Made by a program: the position numbers and the translations under genes | The notes under the pieces: generated by a model | Told to the model about the DNA's origin: nothing | The model's database searches: none | Seen by the model: the letters and a program-made list of their open reading frames with translations, nothing else | Shown: positions 1 through 12,902 of the stretch, one piece after another | Numbering within the stretch: position 1 is the stretch's first letter | Layout: each line of letters begins with the position of its first letter | NCBI GenBank assembly: GCA_963796275.1 | Contig: CAWCKY010000004.1 | Coordinates: forward strand, 1,120,001 to 1,184,000 | DNA length: 64,000 nucleotides | From: an uncultured Acidobacteriota bacterium | GTDB taxonomy: Bacteria > Acidobacteriota > Blastocatellia > RBC074 | Direction: 5' to 3'

Positions 1-2780
1 TCATCGCCGATCTTCAGGTGCAATACATAGGCCAATGAATTGGCATCCGCGATCACGGGCACTATGGATGGCGGATTGATAAGCGGGGATGGAGGATTTG
101 GCGAGGTATCCGCGATCTCCTGTTTGAGCAGAAGCCAGGGGTTGGCCTTCTCTGCCTCCGTTTTCGCGAGCGAACCCTGAAATGAGAAACGCGCTTCGTC
201 GATGAAATCGTCAGCCGGCGCAAGGATGCGCGGGTTGCGCGGCTGGTAGAGATTGAGGCAACTCGCATCATCCCCCGGGCGCAAGCGGAAACGGGAGATA
301 TTCGTGTCGCTCAGAGTTTCATCATTCAAATTCATCTCTTCCCGTTCCTGCTCATTGTTCGGATCTCGGACCAGCGGCAAGAGCGACTCAGCGAGCAGAG
401 CATATCCGCCACTGCCCGATCGCCGGTCGAGCGATGCGGCCTTCCCGTCGCGTCTGAATGCGTCGACCGACACTATGATGAAGGCCGCCGAGGCGATCAA
501 AGCGATGCAGAGCACGCTGCGTCCGGGGCGCGAAGATGCGTTGCGAAAACCGAGCCGCGCCATCGGCCATATGCCGTGCCCGTAAATCGTTTGCTTTTTA
601 ATGCCGCCCAGCCAGACAGACCAGAGGCAGAGAATCGCGATCAGCATCAACGTCCCGCCTCCGAAGAATCCACCGACCTGACCGATCAGTTTCAATGAAG
701 CTGCAATCAACATGATCGCCCCGAGCAACCCGGAGACGATAGCGAGGCGATACGCCGTGAGAAAACCGAACTTCTTTTTGCGCGGCTGATCCGCCGATCC
801 CTCGGCGCCGAAAACCGATCCGGCCAGAAGGCTGCGCGGCGATGCCGGAGTCAGCCGGCGCAGCGTCCACCAGATACAGGCGAGAGCGGCTATAATTCCG
901 GATATCCCTCCGATGAATAATGATTGCGGTGTAACGTGAAGCCTCAACAAAGTCGTGCCGACCGCGCCGGCCCACCAGGTCCTCAATCCCCACATCATCA
1001 ATGCCCCGTATGCGATCGCGCCGAGCAAACCGGCTATGCTGCCGATGGATGCGAGTAGCAGACCCTCGCGCAAAAAAAGCGACCGGATCTGCTTGATCGA
1101 ATATCCGATAGCGCGCAGCAGGCCGATTTCGCGCAAGCGTTGCTCGATGCCCAGCCTGAAGAAGAGCGCCGCCAGCAGGAGCGCGGAAACTACCAGGAAG
1201 AAACTGAAGTAAGTGAAATATTCGCCGAAATCGGTTGCACCCCGCGAAGCTAGCAGGCTCTGATCCTTGACCGGCTGAACCGCCATCCCCGATTGCGCCG
1301 GATCGAGCGCCGCGCGCAGTCTATTTTCAAAGGCTTTCCGCGCCGTTTCCAGATCGCTCCCTTCCGCCGGGACGATTCGGATCGACGTGAGCTTACCGTA
1401 ACGAGACGACCAGAGCTGCTGGCCATTGCCCAGGGGGACGAATGCTTTCGGCGTGGTCCGATATCGCCTCCAATACTCTTCGTCATTGGGGCGCACTCGG
1501 CTGAGATCGATGGGAAACGGCGGATCCCAATCAGCCAGGCTGTCAGTATCGGTGATCCCCGGATAATCGGGCGCAAAGTTACGATCATCGGCGAAGCCTT
1601 CCAGCGGCACAATTCCGGCGAGGCGGAATTGATGCTTACCCGTGGTCAGGCTTCCTTCGCCCGCCCAAAGATAATATGCGAGCTCAACTGTATCGCCCTC
1701 CCGTGCCCCCAGATCGCGCGCGGCCCAATCGTTGAGGATGATCGCGGGCGCCGGATCGTCGTCATCCCGGCGATAATCTTGCAGAACTTCATCATCGATC
1801 GCGGTGACGAGCGAGTATGGTATCGCCCGATCGCCGATGCGAATAGAGTTGGCGAGATAGGTGAGGATCGAAACAGTTCGGAAGCCAGATTTATGAGCCT
1901 CTTCCTTTACCATTTCGGCCGTCGAATCGTTGATCACAGCGCTATCGCTCTCCAGCGACAGCGCCCTCTTTTCCTCGAGTATCCGCAACTTCAAGCCCAG
2001 GTCCGCGAGGGAGAATGTTTCTTTCAATATTGTTTCGGCGGCATCCACCGACTCACCGCCCGCGTCCTTCGCCGAAAGCAAAATGACATTCGCCTTTCCA
2101 TCCTGCTCGAGACTTCTTTGCAGTTTTTGTAATGGGACAAAAATTGCGCGCACCGCGCCCTGTTGCGGGCGCAACGAAAATTCGCCGAGCGAATCGGCAG
2201 CCAGAGATTGGCGCATCGTGAAGCGGACCGTCCGCCCGAGATCGTCTTTACGCCCATGAAGCGATTCGACCGGAATCTCCGATGGTTTCTCGATCCGCAA
2301 TATGATCGTCTCACCCGCTTCGGCTCCCAGTTCCTGCGCCAGAGCCTGGCTCAACAGGACATCGTTGCCAGCAGGCGTCTGGACGCCCACGCCATGAAAA
2401 TTCCAGAAACGATCGTCAACCCCGTAAACCTGTACTCCGCCGGCGCGCTGGTTGCCCCCGTTACCTACGGTGGCTCCGTCGCGCGTCACTACACCCTCGA
2501 GAGCGATCAGAGGGCAAATGGCGTTAAATGCCGTTGTGAACTGATCGTGCGCCTGCAGCTCGCCGGCGAGCCGTTCGCGGAAGAAACCGGGGGCGGTGAG
2601 AACTAGATCCGTCCGGCCCAGACGCGATAGGACGAGGTCGCGCAGGCTGGCGCGCACCGAATCTCCCACGAGCAACGCTCCCGCCAGCACGGAAACGGCA
2701 GTAGCGACGCCCAGGACGACGGCCAGATTCGCGCGCCAGAAATGGGAGAGATTATTTTTGATGAGCGTTGACGTGCGCAT
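1..2780 (-). CDS. Large FtsX/MacB-family ABC transporter permease (partial, runs off window start)
   Basis: Not in the ORF track because no stop lies in the window. Manual translation from ATG at 2780 gives MRTSTLIKNNLSHFWRANLAVVLGVATAVSVLAGALLVGDSVRASLRDL; an internal FtsX-like segment reads FSFFLVVSALLLAALFFRLGIEQRLREIGLLRAIG. Continuity was spot-checked, not verified codon by codon. Confidence 0.85.
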   Translation of the reverse strand, partial: MRTSTLIKNNLSHFWRANLAVVLGVATAVSVLAGALLVGDSVRASLRDLVLSRLGRTDLVLTAPGFFRERLAGELQAHDQFTTAFNAICPLIALEGVVTRDGATVGNGGNQRAGGVQVYGVDDRFWNFHGVGVQTPAGNDVLLSQALAQELGAEAGETIILRIEKPSEIPVESLHGRKDDLGRTVRFTMRQSLAADSLGEFSLRPQQGAVRAIFVPLQKLQRSLEQDGKANVILLSAKDAGGESVDAAETILKETFSLADLGLKLRILEEKRALSLESDSAVINDSTAEMVKEEAHKSGFRTVSILTYLANSIRIGDRAIPYSLVTAIDDEVLQDYRRDDDDPAPAIILNDWAARDLGAREGDTVELAYYLWAGEGSLTTGKHQFRLAGIVPLEGFADDRNFAPDYPGITDTDSLADWDPPFPIDLSRVRPNDEEYWRRYRTTPKAFVPLGNGQQLWSSRYGKLTSIRIVPAEGSDLETARKAFENRLRAALDPAQSGMAVQPVKDQSLLASRGATDFGEYFTYFSFFLVVSALLLAALFFRLGIEQRLREIGLLRAIGYSIKQIRSLFLREGLLLASIGSIAGLLGAIAYGALMMWGLRTWWAGAVGTTLLRLHVTPQSLFIGGISGIIAALACIWWTLRRLTPASPRSLLAGSVFGAEGSADQPRKKKFGFLTAYRLAIVSGLLGAIMLIAASLKLIGQVGGFFGGGTLMLIAILCLWSVWLGGIKKQTIYGHGIWPMARLGFRNASSRPGRSVLCIALIASAAFIIVSVDAFRRDGKAASLDRRSGSGGYALLAESLLPLVRDPNNEQEREEMNLNDETLSDTNISRFRLRPGDDASCLNLYQPRNPRILAPADDFIDEARFSFQGSLAKTEAEKANPWLLLKQEIADTSPNPPSPLINPPSIVPVIADANSLAYVLHLKIGD

Positions 2781-2830
2781 AAAGCTTAAAGCGTCTCAGT
2801 GCGTGTTTAAAGTTGGTTGGCTTAACCTAA

Positions 2831-3008
2831 TGCCCCGGAGGGCCCGGAAAATATTATAACCAGGGTAAAGCGAAGCCACCCGGTCGAGTTCATCAATATA
2901 TGACGAGCCGTGTAAGAAGCAATAATAAACAATTATCACGCCGTCACGAGGCTCGGCCATGCATTTGCTGATACCCGGGAGCTACGATTCGCTCGCCCCC
3001 GGGGTATA
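2831..3008. repeat. Degenerate REP-like palindromic element
   Basis: Hairpin ATACCCGGGAGCTACGATTCGCTCGCCCCCGGGGTAT and a loosely inverse unit AACCAGGGTAAAGCGAAGCCACCCGGT lie in a 434-bp gap inside the operon. Confidence 0.4.
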
Positions 3009-3214
3009 TTGACATTCAGGTTAAACGCTTAACGCCTACTTGCTAATACCTACCCGGCGTTGATGTTCTTTTGAAAAAAATAAGCAACCACGTAGGGCTA
3101 CATTCATAGCGCCGCTATGCGGCGGAAGCGAAGCAAGCAATCTTTGTAAAACCGATTGCCTGAAGCCCAATAACTTGGGCCTTTCCGGGCTTTAAGGAGC
3201 TTTTATACACACCC

Positions 3215-3880
3215 TCAGACTCGCTTGAGCTGCCGATCGATGAGCTCGAACCTGACAGGAAATCTGGCGGCGAGCTCCGCGCTATGTGTGACGACGACGA
3301 GAATCGTCTTCTGCGTCCGATGAAGATCGAGCAACAGAGAGGCGACGTTCTCAGCCGAATGCCGGTCGAGATTGCCCGTCGGTTCATCGCAGAGCACCAG
3401 CAAAGGCTCGCGGATCAGAGCTCTCGCTAGCGAGACGCGTTGTTTCTCCCCGCCCGACAACTCGGCCGGGCGATGGTCGAGTCGTTCCGACAAGCCAACC
3501 TGCGCTAGCAACGATCTCGCGCGTCCGAGATAGTCGCTATTGTTATTTGCAATCAAAGTCGGTGTCAGCACGTTCTCCACCACCGAACATTGCGGAAGCA
3601 AGCAGTGATCCTGAAATACAAAACCGATCTTCTGATTACGGAACGCGGCAAGGGATTTCTCGTCGAGTTGAAAAGGATTCTGCCCATCAAGCGCGATCGT
3701 CCCCGAGGTCGGCGGGTCCAGCGCCCCGAGCGTGTAAAGCAGCGTGCTTTTGCCGCTGCCCGATGGCCCCATAATCGCCGCCGCTTCACCTCGCTGCAGT
3801 GTGAGTGTAATGTCGTTAAGGATCGAAAGCGGGCCTCTCGGCGTGGGGTATTCTTTGGTCAGGTTGACGACTTGGAGCAT
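3215..3880 (-). CDS. ABC transporter ATP-binding protein (LolD/MacB-like)
   Basis: Walker A GPSGSGKS, signature [20 protein letters not shown]. Confidence 0.95.
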   Translation of the reverse strand: MLQVVNLTKEYPTPRGPLSILNDITLTLQRGEAAAIMGPSGSGKSTLLYTLGALDPPTSGTIALDGQNPFQLDEKSLAAFRNQKIGFVFQDHCLLPQCSVVENVLTPTLIANNNSDYLGRARSLLAQVGLSERLDHRPAELSGGEKQRVSLARALIREPLLVLCDEPTGNLDRHSAENVASLLLDLHRTQKTILVVVTHSAELAARFPVRFELIDRQLKRV

Positions 3881-3884
3881 AACT

Positions 3885-3948
3885 GTTTTTAGTTTTCAGT
3901 TTTCAGTTTTCAGTAAGATTTCACCACTGAAACCTGAATACTGAAAAC
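3885..3948. repeat. Heptamer tandem/inverted repeat (TTTTCAG)n...(CTGAAAA)n
   Basis: Seen directly in the spacer. Confidence 0.8.
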
Positions 3949-3965
3949 ACATAAATATCAGTGAA

Positions 3966-5252
3966 TCATCTCAAACTGGCGTACACTTGAAGGGCTCGTT
4001 CGGCCATATTTGCGACGCTGTAATGTTGATGAACGCCCCGCGCGCCCTGGCGGCCAATATCTCGGGCCCGCTCCGGATTCCTCCACAACGAGTAAAGTTC
4101 TTCGGCAAGACTGTCACTGTCTTTCGGCTCAACCAATAGACCGCCCTCGGTATTCTCGACCATCTCGGTGAACGATCCCCAACGCGGTTGAATCACGGGT
4201 ACACCACTCGCCATCGCCTCGAGCACTGAAAGTCCCTTGGGTTCGGGATAGGTGGCCGGCACAGACTGCACATCTATTTGATGAAAGAACCGCAACTTGG
4301 CATCGCGGTCGAGCGCCCCGTGATAATGAAATTCTTGCGCCAGACCGGCATCTTTCATCTGCCGTTCTATTTCGCGCAGATATGGCTTGTGTTCCGGCGC
4401 CAAATAACCTGCGACATCCAGGCGCGCTGGTCCGAATCCATCGCGTTTGCGCAGCTTCCGATATGCTTCGGCCAACACGTGAAGCCCCTTTTCCGGGGCG
4501 ATTCGCGCAAAGTAGCCGATGCGGAATACCTCTTCGTGCGAGTTGTTATCCTTCACTCGATAGTCTGTGAGATTGATTCCCAGCGGAACGACGTGGATTT
4601 TCGCGCGCGGCACGCGGAGAAATCCGGCCATAAAATCCGCATAATATTCGCTCACTGCAATAAATGCGTCGATGTGCCGCGAGTTTTCGCGCATGAGCCC
4701 CAATGCCTCACTTTTGTACGGATCACTCAGATTCTCGATGAAGTGGTCCTCCCCCTGAAGCGTGGAGCAAACGGGGGAGCCCAGGACCTCTTTGATCGGC
4801 GCGGCGAGGCTGCTCAGCATCGAATTTTGCAGATCGACGACATCCGGCCTCGCTTGCGTTTTCAGCCAATCTAGCAGCTTCGCGATCTCCTTCCGCTGAT
4901 TCCCATTTCCGCCTTTAAGCATCGAAATCGTGAGCTCGCCCAGAGAACCGGGGTCTACCGCAATTGAACGCCGGGCGGCAGCCTTGAGAGCGAACTTTGA
5001 ATCCCAGAGTCTATCGATCCAGCGAGGCGTGTGGCGAAAAATGGCAGAGCGTTGCTCGAGATAAACGCTGATGCCGCCGAAAAAAACCTTATCCGTGCTT
5101 ACGTTCGGTTCATCGGTCAGCGTAGGCGTATAGAGCGGCAGTAGAGTTACATCGTGGCCCTGCCTCAGGAGCTCCGTGGCGAGCGCGTTGTCGCGTAAGC
5201 AACTGCCGCAATACATCCCCGCTGCTCCTGCGGTGAGATAAAGTATCCGCAT
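3966..5252 (-). CDS. Glycosyltransferase family 4 (GT-B)
   Basis: ARIAPEKG and EPKGLSVLEAMASGVPV motifs; N-terminal MYCGSCLRD. Confidence 0.9.
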   Translation of the reverse strand: MRILYLTAGAAGMYCGSCLRDNALATELLRQGHDVTLLPLYTPTLTDEPNVSTDKVFFGGISVYLEQRSAIFRHTPRWIDRLWDSKFALKAAARRSIAVDPGSLGELTISMLKGGNGNQRKEIAKLLDWLKTQARPDVVDLQNSMLSSLAAPIKEVLGSPVCSTLQGEDHFIENLSDPYKSEALGLMRENSRHIDAFIAVSEYYADFMAGFLRVPRAKIHVVPLGINLTDYRVKDNNSHEEVFRIGYFARIAPEKGLHVLAEAYRKLRKRDGFGPARLDVAGYLAPEHKPYLREIERQMKDAGLAQEFHYHGALDRDAKLRFFHQIDVQSVPATYPEPKGLSVLEAMASGVPVIQPRWGSFTEMVENTEGGLLVEPKDSDSLAEELYSLWRNPERARDIGRQGARGVHQHYSVANMAERALQVYASLR

Positions 5253-5291
5253 GGAAAAAACCTGAATAATCCGGTAAATCCCGGCGTCAAT

Positions 5292-6347
<1,056 letters not shown>

Positions 6348-6503
6348 TTTTGATCTTTGTGTAATCCGGCGATATATAAAAACCGCATTAACGCCAGATA
6401 ATCTCCCCTGTAAAATAAAGCGATTTCAAGAGTTTTCAGGGTTTACTTCGATCCGGTGAAGGCCAAATTCCCGTCAACCCGTCTCCGGTTAAAACGTAAT
6501 ATC

Positions 6504-7322
6504 TCATTTGCCGGTTTCGAGAGTAAACGGATTGAAATTCGTGTTACGGTCGAAATAGTCCTCTCGCTCCGCTCGCTTCAAGAAATTTACTACCCTGTAG
6601 GTCATGGGCGTCGCCACAACCTCCCACCCCACTTTAAGGAGATAGTTGCTTATCATAACCTGGATGACCAGTATTTTGGTCCAACCCGGGGCGCCGAGAA
6701 ACGCCAACGGATAAAAGATGGCGGAGTCGACGCCTTCTCCGACAATCGTCGATCCAATCGTCCGCGTCCAGAGCCAGCGGCCGTTTGTGAGTATCTTCAT
6801 CTTGGCCATGACGAACGAGTTGGCAAATTCGCCGGCCCAGAAGGCAAATAACGATGCGAAGACGATGCGCGGCGTGTTCCCGAAGATCATCTCGTAAGCA
6901 GCCTGTCCCGTCCACCCCTGAGCCGCCGGCAGCTTTACAACCGCCCAACTCATGAAGGCCGCGAAGATCAACGCCCCAAACCCGGCCCAGATCACACGGC
7001 GCGAACGCGCATAGCCGTATACTTCCGTCAGGATGTCGCCAAAGAAGTAGCTCAGCGGAAAAAAAAGGATCGCCGTGCCAAAGTTGAGCGGCCCTATCTC
7101 CCATGATCCGAAATTGAAGGGCCCGATCGCCGACACCTTCTGCACTCCGATAATACCGGAACACAGAAGAACCGTGACGAATGCGGCCATTACCAGATCA
7201 TAATACTTGTAATCGCGGCGCTTATAAGACGGGGCAGACGGGGCAGATGGGACAGATGAATCAACGGGTGCAGACGGATCGGATTGGGGAGAAGTCGGTG
7301 AGGGTGTGGTTGTACTTTCCAA
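6504..7322 (-). CDS. yhhQ: Queuosine precursor transporter (VUT/YhhQ family)
   Basis: DILTEVYGYARSRRVIWAGF and RTIGSTIVGEGVDS motifs; multiple TM segments. Confidence 0.85.
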   Translation of the reverse strand: MESTTTPSPTSPQSDPSAPVDSSVPSAPSAPSYKRRDYKYYDLVMAAFVTVLLCSGIIGVQKVSAIGPFNFGSWEIGPLNFGTAILFFPLSYFFGDILTEVYGYARSRRVIWAGFGALIFAAFMSWAVVKLPAAQGWTGQAAYEMIFGNTPRIVFASLFAFWAGEFANSFVMAKMKILTNGRWLWTRTIGSTIVGEGVDSAIFYPLAFLGAPGWTKILVIQVMISNYLLKVGWEVVATPMTYRVVNFLKRAEREDYFDRNTNFNPFTLETGK

Positions 7323-7507
7323 TAGAAAATCTCCTTCATTTTTTTGAAAACGCCTACGTGCAAATCATAGTCGTCTGTTTTCAAAAGCTCTGATTGGCTC
7401 CGGAGAAGCCGGAGTGGTCGTTAGAACGGTAAAGCATTAGTCATTGCGCGCCTCCGCCGCCGATAACCGAGTCTGTCGCTCTTGGTCCTTATTCGCACTA
7501 CTTTCAC

Positions 7508-8194
7508 TCAGTTGATCAAGCTGGTCTTCGATGAACGATCCAATTGATTCTTAAGCCATCTCATAATATCGTCAATGCTTTCCGCCGAGATCTCATGCCC
7601 CATATCGTATTCGCGGTAGGTCAAATCGACGGGGAATTCCGATAGACTTGCGCGCGCATCGCGGGCATGTTGGATGGGCAGGACTTCGTCGCGTGTGCCA
7701 TGCGCGACGAAGATCGGTAGACCGATCAACGCATCTTTTTCGGGTATCCCATTGAACGTATGCGACAAAAGCCGCCCACTCATTGAGACGACGGCTGTTG
7801 CAGTCCCGGGATAGGTCAGGGCTATTGCGAGACTCATCATCGCGCCCTGGCTGAACCCCATAAGATATACCGAGTGACGATCGATCTGATATGAATCGAT
7901 CAGCTCACTTATAAATTTATGAAGCGTATTGAGGTTTTGCCTGGCCTCTTCCAGGTCGATGATGACACCTTCAGGTGTGAAATTGAGATTGAACCAGGCG
8001 TAAGAATGCGGTCGAATCGTCACCGGCGCTCGAGCGCTGACGATCATAAATCTCTCATCCAGATATGGGGCAAGAGAAAACAGGTCGTCTTCGTTGGCGC
8101 CAAAACCATGCAGAAGAAGCAGTAACGGAGTCTTTTCCGTATGGTTTCTCGGCATTGCGATTTGGTGAGTTAGGGATAAGCGTTTTTCACTCAT
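7508..8194 (-). CDS. Phospholipase/carboxylesterase (alpha/beta hydrolase)
   Basis: LLHGFGANE, nucleophile GFSQGA, HGTRDEV, MGHEI. Confidence 0.9.
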   Translation of the reverse strand: MSEKRLSLTHQIAMPRNHTEKTPLLLLLHGFGANEDDLFSLAPYLDERFMIVSARAPVTIRPHSYAWFNLNFTPEGVIIDLEEARQNLNTLHKFISELIDSYQIDRHSVYLMGFSQGAMMSLAIALTYPGTATAVVSMSGRLLSHTFNGIPEKDALIGLPIFVAHGTRDEVLPIQHARDARASLSEFPVDLTYREYDMGHEISAESIDDIMRWLKNQLDRSSKTSLIN

Positions 8195-8590
8195 TGTTTT
8201 ATGATCCTGATATTCATCATACTGATGGCCTAGCTTGCTTGATTCGAACTCTGATCGTCAAGTAGCAGCGTCAGGTGCTGGTTTTCGAGCCGAATGTAAC
8301 CACAAATATCGGCTTTATCTGCTTATATCTTTGCGTGCGCTTCGGCGCAGGAAGCTGCGCTTCAGAAACAAATTGATTCCAACGCCTCGATCTCCGGTCC
8401 CCGCGCTCTTGCAAGTTTCACCTGGAAAATTGAAACTACGCGTTTAATGAAGTTGACAGCTGGCAGTTCGCGATTTCAAAAGGTATGCTTGAGTATCGAT
8501 ACTCATAAGGATTTATTGCAGGGCTGAATTTACGAAACTACAACTGCCAACTCCCAACTGCCGACCCTTTTCAAAGGAGTTCTCATTCTT

Positions 8591-9370
8591 ATGAAAATAA
8601 TCGTCTGTCTCAAACAGGTGCCGAAGAACGATTCGGTGCTTCGCATAAACGACAAGGGAAATTGGATTCAGGATCGGGATTTGACATATGAGATTAATGA
8701 ATCCGATGCGTACGGCCTGGAAGCCGCGCTGCAACTCAAAGAGAAGCACGGCGGCGAAGTGGTCGCGCTTTCTCTCGGACCCGCGCGCGTGCAATCGGTC
8801 ATCAAGGAAGCCCTCGCCCGAGGCGCCGATCGCGGCATCCACCTCGATGACGCGGCCTTTGAGGGACTCGATGCATTCGGCATCGCCTCGGTCATCGCCG
8901 CCGCCGCCAGAGCCGAAGGATTCGATCTATTGCTCACCGGTTTGCAGTCGGACGACTACGGCTTCGCGCAAACCGGGGTGATCACAGCCGAACTTTTGGG
9001 TCTGCCGCATGCAACGATCGTTATGGACGTCGAGTTGAAAGACGGGGTTATGCGCGTCAAACGCGAACTAGAGAACGGTTACTTCCAATGGGTCAGTATG
9101 CCAGTGCCCGCGGTCCTGACGATTCAATCGGGCATCAATACGCTGCGTTACGCGACGCTCAAGGGGATCATGGCATCTAAGAAGAAAGAGATAAAGAAGC
9201 TCGATTCCATCGCGATCGGAGTAGATAAATCTGCACTTGCGTCGAAGATGGAATTCCGGCGAGTCTACATCCCCCAGAAGACCAAACAGACGCAGTTCAT
9301 TGAAGGGACGCCCGCCGAGGTCGCCGCAAAACTGATGGATAAGTTGAAAAACGAAGCGAGGATATTTTAA
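8591..9370 (+). CDS. etfB: Electron transfer flavoprotein beta subunit
   Basis: MKIIVCLKQVP, ALARGADRGIHL, GLQSDD, LRYATLKGIM. Confidence 0.95.
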   Translation: MKIIVCLKQVPKNDSVLRINDKGNWIQDRDLTYEINESDAYGLEAALQLKEKHGGEVVALSLGPARVQSVIKEALARGADRGIHLDDAAFEGLDAFGIASVIAAAARAEGFDLLLTGLQSDDYGFAQTGVITAELLGLPHATIVMDVELKDGVMRVKRELENGYFQWVSMPVPAVLTIQSGINTLRYATLKGIMASKKKEIKKLDSIAIGVDKSALASKMEFRRVYIPQKTKQTQFIEGTPAEVAAKLMDKLKNEARIF

Positions 9371-9372
9371 GG

Positions 9373-9470
9373 AGGTTGTCGGTAGGAGGTTGTCGGTTGG
9401 CGGTTTACAGATTTAAAGGTTTCTAGAAATCAACGATGAACCGACAACCGACAACCGGCAACCGGCAACT
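9373..9470. repeat. Heptamer tandem/inverted repeat (GGTTGTC)n...(GACAACC)n
   Basis: Seen directly in the etfB-etfA spacer. Confidence 0.8.
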
Positions 9471-9481
9471 GGAGGGAATAA

Positions 9482-10465
<984 letters not shown>

Positions 10466-10468
10466 GAG

Positions 10469-10605
10469 TAGTTTTCAGTTTTCAGTTTTTAGTTTTCAGT
10501 TTGTGGTTTCCGGTTTGTAGTTTCCGGTTGATAGGTTCCACTCAGGGTTGAAAACTGGAAATTGCAAACTGCAAACTGCAAACTAAAAACTGAAAACTGA
10601 AAACT
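10469..10605. repeat. Heptamer tandem/inverted repeat (GTTTTCA)n...(TGAAAAC)n
   Basis: Long degenerate palindrome in the spacer between etfA and the ETF-QO gene. Confidence 0.85.
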
Positions 10606-10612
10606 ATCAACT

Positions 10613-12316
10613 ATGGAGAACATCGAACGAGAGAGTTTAGAAGTTGACGTCTTATACGTCGGCGCCGGGCCCGCGTCACTCGCAGGCGCGCTGCGTTTGC
10701 GTCAACTGATCAATAAGCACAACCAAGTAGTTGCGAAATACGGCGGCAAGAAGCTGGAAGATATCACGATCGCGATCATCGAAAAGGGGCGTGAGATCGG
10801 ATCGCATATAATCTCCGGGGCTGTCATGGATATTCGCCCTCTGGCCGAGTTGTTGCCCAATTTCCGCCAACTCGGCGCTCCGCTCGATTCCGAGGTGACC
10901 GAGGAGGACGTCTCCTACCTGACCCGGCGGTTCAAGATCAAGTCGCCGATCATTCCGCCACCCCTCAAAAATAGCGGGAAGTATGTCGTTTCACTCAACA
11001 AGGTGATCCGCTGGCTCGGGCCGATCGTCGAAGAAGCCGATTGCATGCTGCTGCCGGAATTTCCGGGGGCTGATCTCCTCTTCGACGGCGACCGTGTGAT
11101 AGGGGTGCGCACCGGTGATAAGGGCATCGGCAAAAACGGCGAACAAAAAGAGACCTTTGCGCCGGGCGCGGACATCTTCGCCAAAGTCACCGTTCTGGGC
11201 GAGGGCTCGCGCGGTTCGCTGACCAAAAAGCTGGTCGCCCAGCTCAAACTTGATGATGACCGCAACCCCCAGGTCTATGCCGCAGGAGTGAAAGAGATAT
11301 GGGAGCTGCCCAGTGGACGTATCAGGCCCGGTTTCGTCATGCACACGCTCGGCTATCCACTCCCGAACGATACGTTCGGCGGGGGGTTCGTTTATGGAAT
11401 GAAGAATGACCTGCTAGACATCGGCCTGGTCGTCGGCCTGGATTATCAGGACCCTTTCACCGACCCACACCAGCTGTTCCAGAAATTCAAGCAGCACCCG
11501 GCGATCGCGAAGATGCTCGATGGCGGAAAAATGCTGTACTACGGCGCAAAGACCATACCGGAAGGCGGATTGATGTCTCAGCCGAAATATTATGGTGACG
11601 GCTTCCTGATCATCGGCGATTCGGCGAGCTTCCTCAATTCGCAAAAACTCAAAGGCATTCACATGGCGATGAAATCCGGGATGTTGGCTGCCGAGGCGAT
11701 TTACGAAGCCCTGCTTGCCGATCGGTTCGACGAGCAGCAATTGAGCCGTTTCGAACATCTCATCAAAAACAGCTACATTTACCAAGAACTATACGAGGTC
11801 CGCAATTTTCACCAGGCATTCAGAAACGGACGCAGACGGGGGCTCATCGAGGCGGGGATACAATATTTCACGGGCGGTCTCGGAATGTTCGGAGATCTCA
11901 CGGCAGAAGCCGGACATGGAATCATGAAGAAACTTCATGTATTCAACCGCATGCCGAAATATCCCGGCGACGTACCGCAACTGGAACTGAACAAATCGGA
12001 CAATAAGCTGACATTCGATAAGGTGACGGACGTTTACCGGTCGGGCACGGAACACAACGAAGATCAACCTTCACATCTCAAAGTTCTCGATTTCAATATC
12101 TGTATCAATCGTTGCACAAACGAGTTTGGGAATCCGTGCCAGTATTTCTGTCCGGCTGCCGTCTATGAGATCGAATCGGCCAATGGTGGCCGGCGCCCGA
12201 AAATAAACTTCTCGAACTGCGTCCATTGCAAGACGTGCGATATCATGGATCCGTACCAGATTATAGATTGGGTGACGCCGGAAGGCGGCGGAGGACCTAA
12301 TTACATAAATCTTTAG
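10613..12316 (+). CDS. ETF-ubiquinone oxidoreductase
   Basis: FAD motif VGAGPA, HIISGAV, KGIHMAMKSGMLAAEA, C-terminal FCPAAVYE and NCVHCKTCDI; follows etfBA. Confidence 0.93.
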   Translation: MENIERESLEVDVLYVGAGPASLAGALRLRQLINKHNQVVAKYGGKKLEDITIAIIEKGREIGSHIISGAVMDIRPLAELLPNFRQLGAPLDSEVTEEDVSYLTRRFKIKSPIIPPPLKNSGKYVVSLNKVIRWLGPIVEEADCMLLPEFPGADLLFDGDRVIGVRTGDKGIGKNGEQKETFAPGADIFAKVTVLGEGSRGSLTKKLVAQLKLDDDRNPQVYAAGVKEIWELPSGRIRPGFVMHTLGYPLPNDTFGGGFVYGMKNDLLDIGLVVGLDYQDPFTDPHQLFQKFKQHPAIAKMLDGGKMLYYGAKTIPEGGLMSQPKYYGDGFLIIGDSASFLNSQKLKGIHMAMKSGMLAAEAIYEALLADRFDEQQLSRFEHLIKNSYIYQELYEVRNFHQAFRNGRRRGLIEAGIQYFTGGLGMFGDLTAEAGHGIMKKLHVFNRMPKYPGDVPQLELNKSDNKLTFDKVTDVYRSGTEHNEDQPSHLKVLDFNICINRCTNEFGNPCQYFCPAAVYEIESANGGRRPKINFSNCVHCKTCDIMDPYQIIDWVTPEGGGGPNYINL

Positions 12317-12449
12317 CAAAATGCATAGACCGTTGATGGAGATTTCACTTGTTTCTGTAGTTTGTGATTTTCACGTGAATATCCATTCCAGCGATGTGCG
12401 AATGATATAAATCATCTTAGGAATAGCATAAAAACAAAGGAGTTTTTCA

Positions 12450-12902
12450 ATGGCAACACCACAAGACGCCGACCTGATAATCAAGCTCTATGACCTGCGC
12501 CGAGACAAGACGATGCGCAAGGCTCGCAATTATATTTTCACGCAATTCTTTCCCAAGAATGCCGACGATGTGAAGGCGCTCTTCGCCGATCGCAATCATC
12601 CGGAATACAACGCATACTTCCGCCAGGTGACGAGCTACTGGGACATGGCTGCAGCGATGGTCAATCACGGCGCGATCGACCGCGATCTATTTTTCGATAC
12701 TAATGGGGAATTCTTCGCCGTCTGGGCAAAATTCAGTGATATCATCGTCGGTCTGCGAGAACTCATGGGCCCGTACTTTCTCCTCAACCTCGAAAAAATG
12801 TTGGAGACCCATCCTCATCGCGAACAGCGGACCCAAATGATGAAGGAGAGGTTCAAAAAAATGGCGATCGATTACGCTGAGAACCAAAACAAAAAGCCCT
12901 GA
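12450..12902 (+). CDS. Conserved hypothetical protein (DUF4760-like)
   Basis: DADLIIKLYDLRR and RQVTSYWDMAAAMVNHGAID pattern; RBS AAGGAG upstream. Confidence 0.65.
   Translation: MATPQDADLIIKLYDLRRDKTMRKARNYIFTQFFPKNADDVKALFADRNHPEYNAYFRQVTSYWDMAAAMVNHGAIDRDLFFDTNGEFFAVWAKFSDIIVGLRELMGPYFLLNLEKMLETHPHREQRTQMMKERFKKMAIDYAENQNKKP

Noticed and set aside
62-2859. Multiple short ORFs listed in the track
   Set aside because: Shadows of the long minus-strand permease that the track omits because it lacks a stop in the window.
7323-7507. preQ1 riboswitch upstream of yhhQ
   Set aside because: No recognisable preQ1 stem-loop or A-rich tail by eye; an Rfam scan would settle it.
8453-8489. sigma70 promoter for etfB
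   Set aside because: The spacing from TTGACA to TATGCT is 25 bp, too long.
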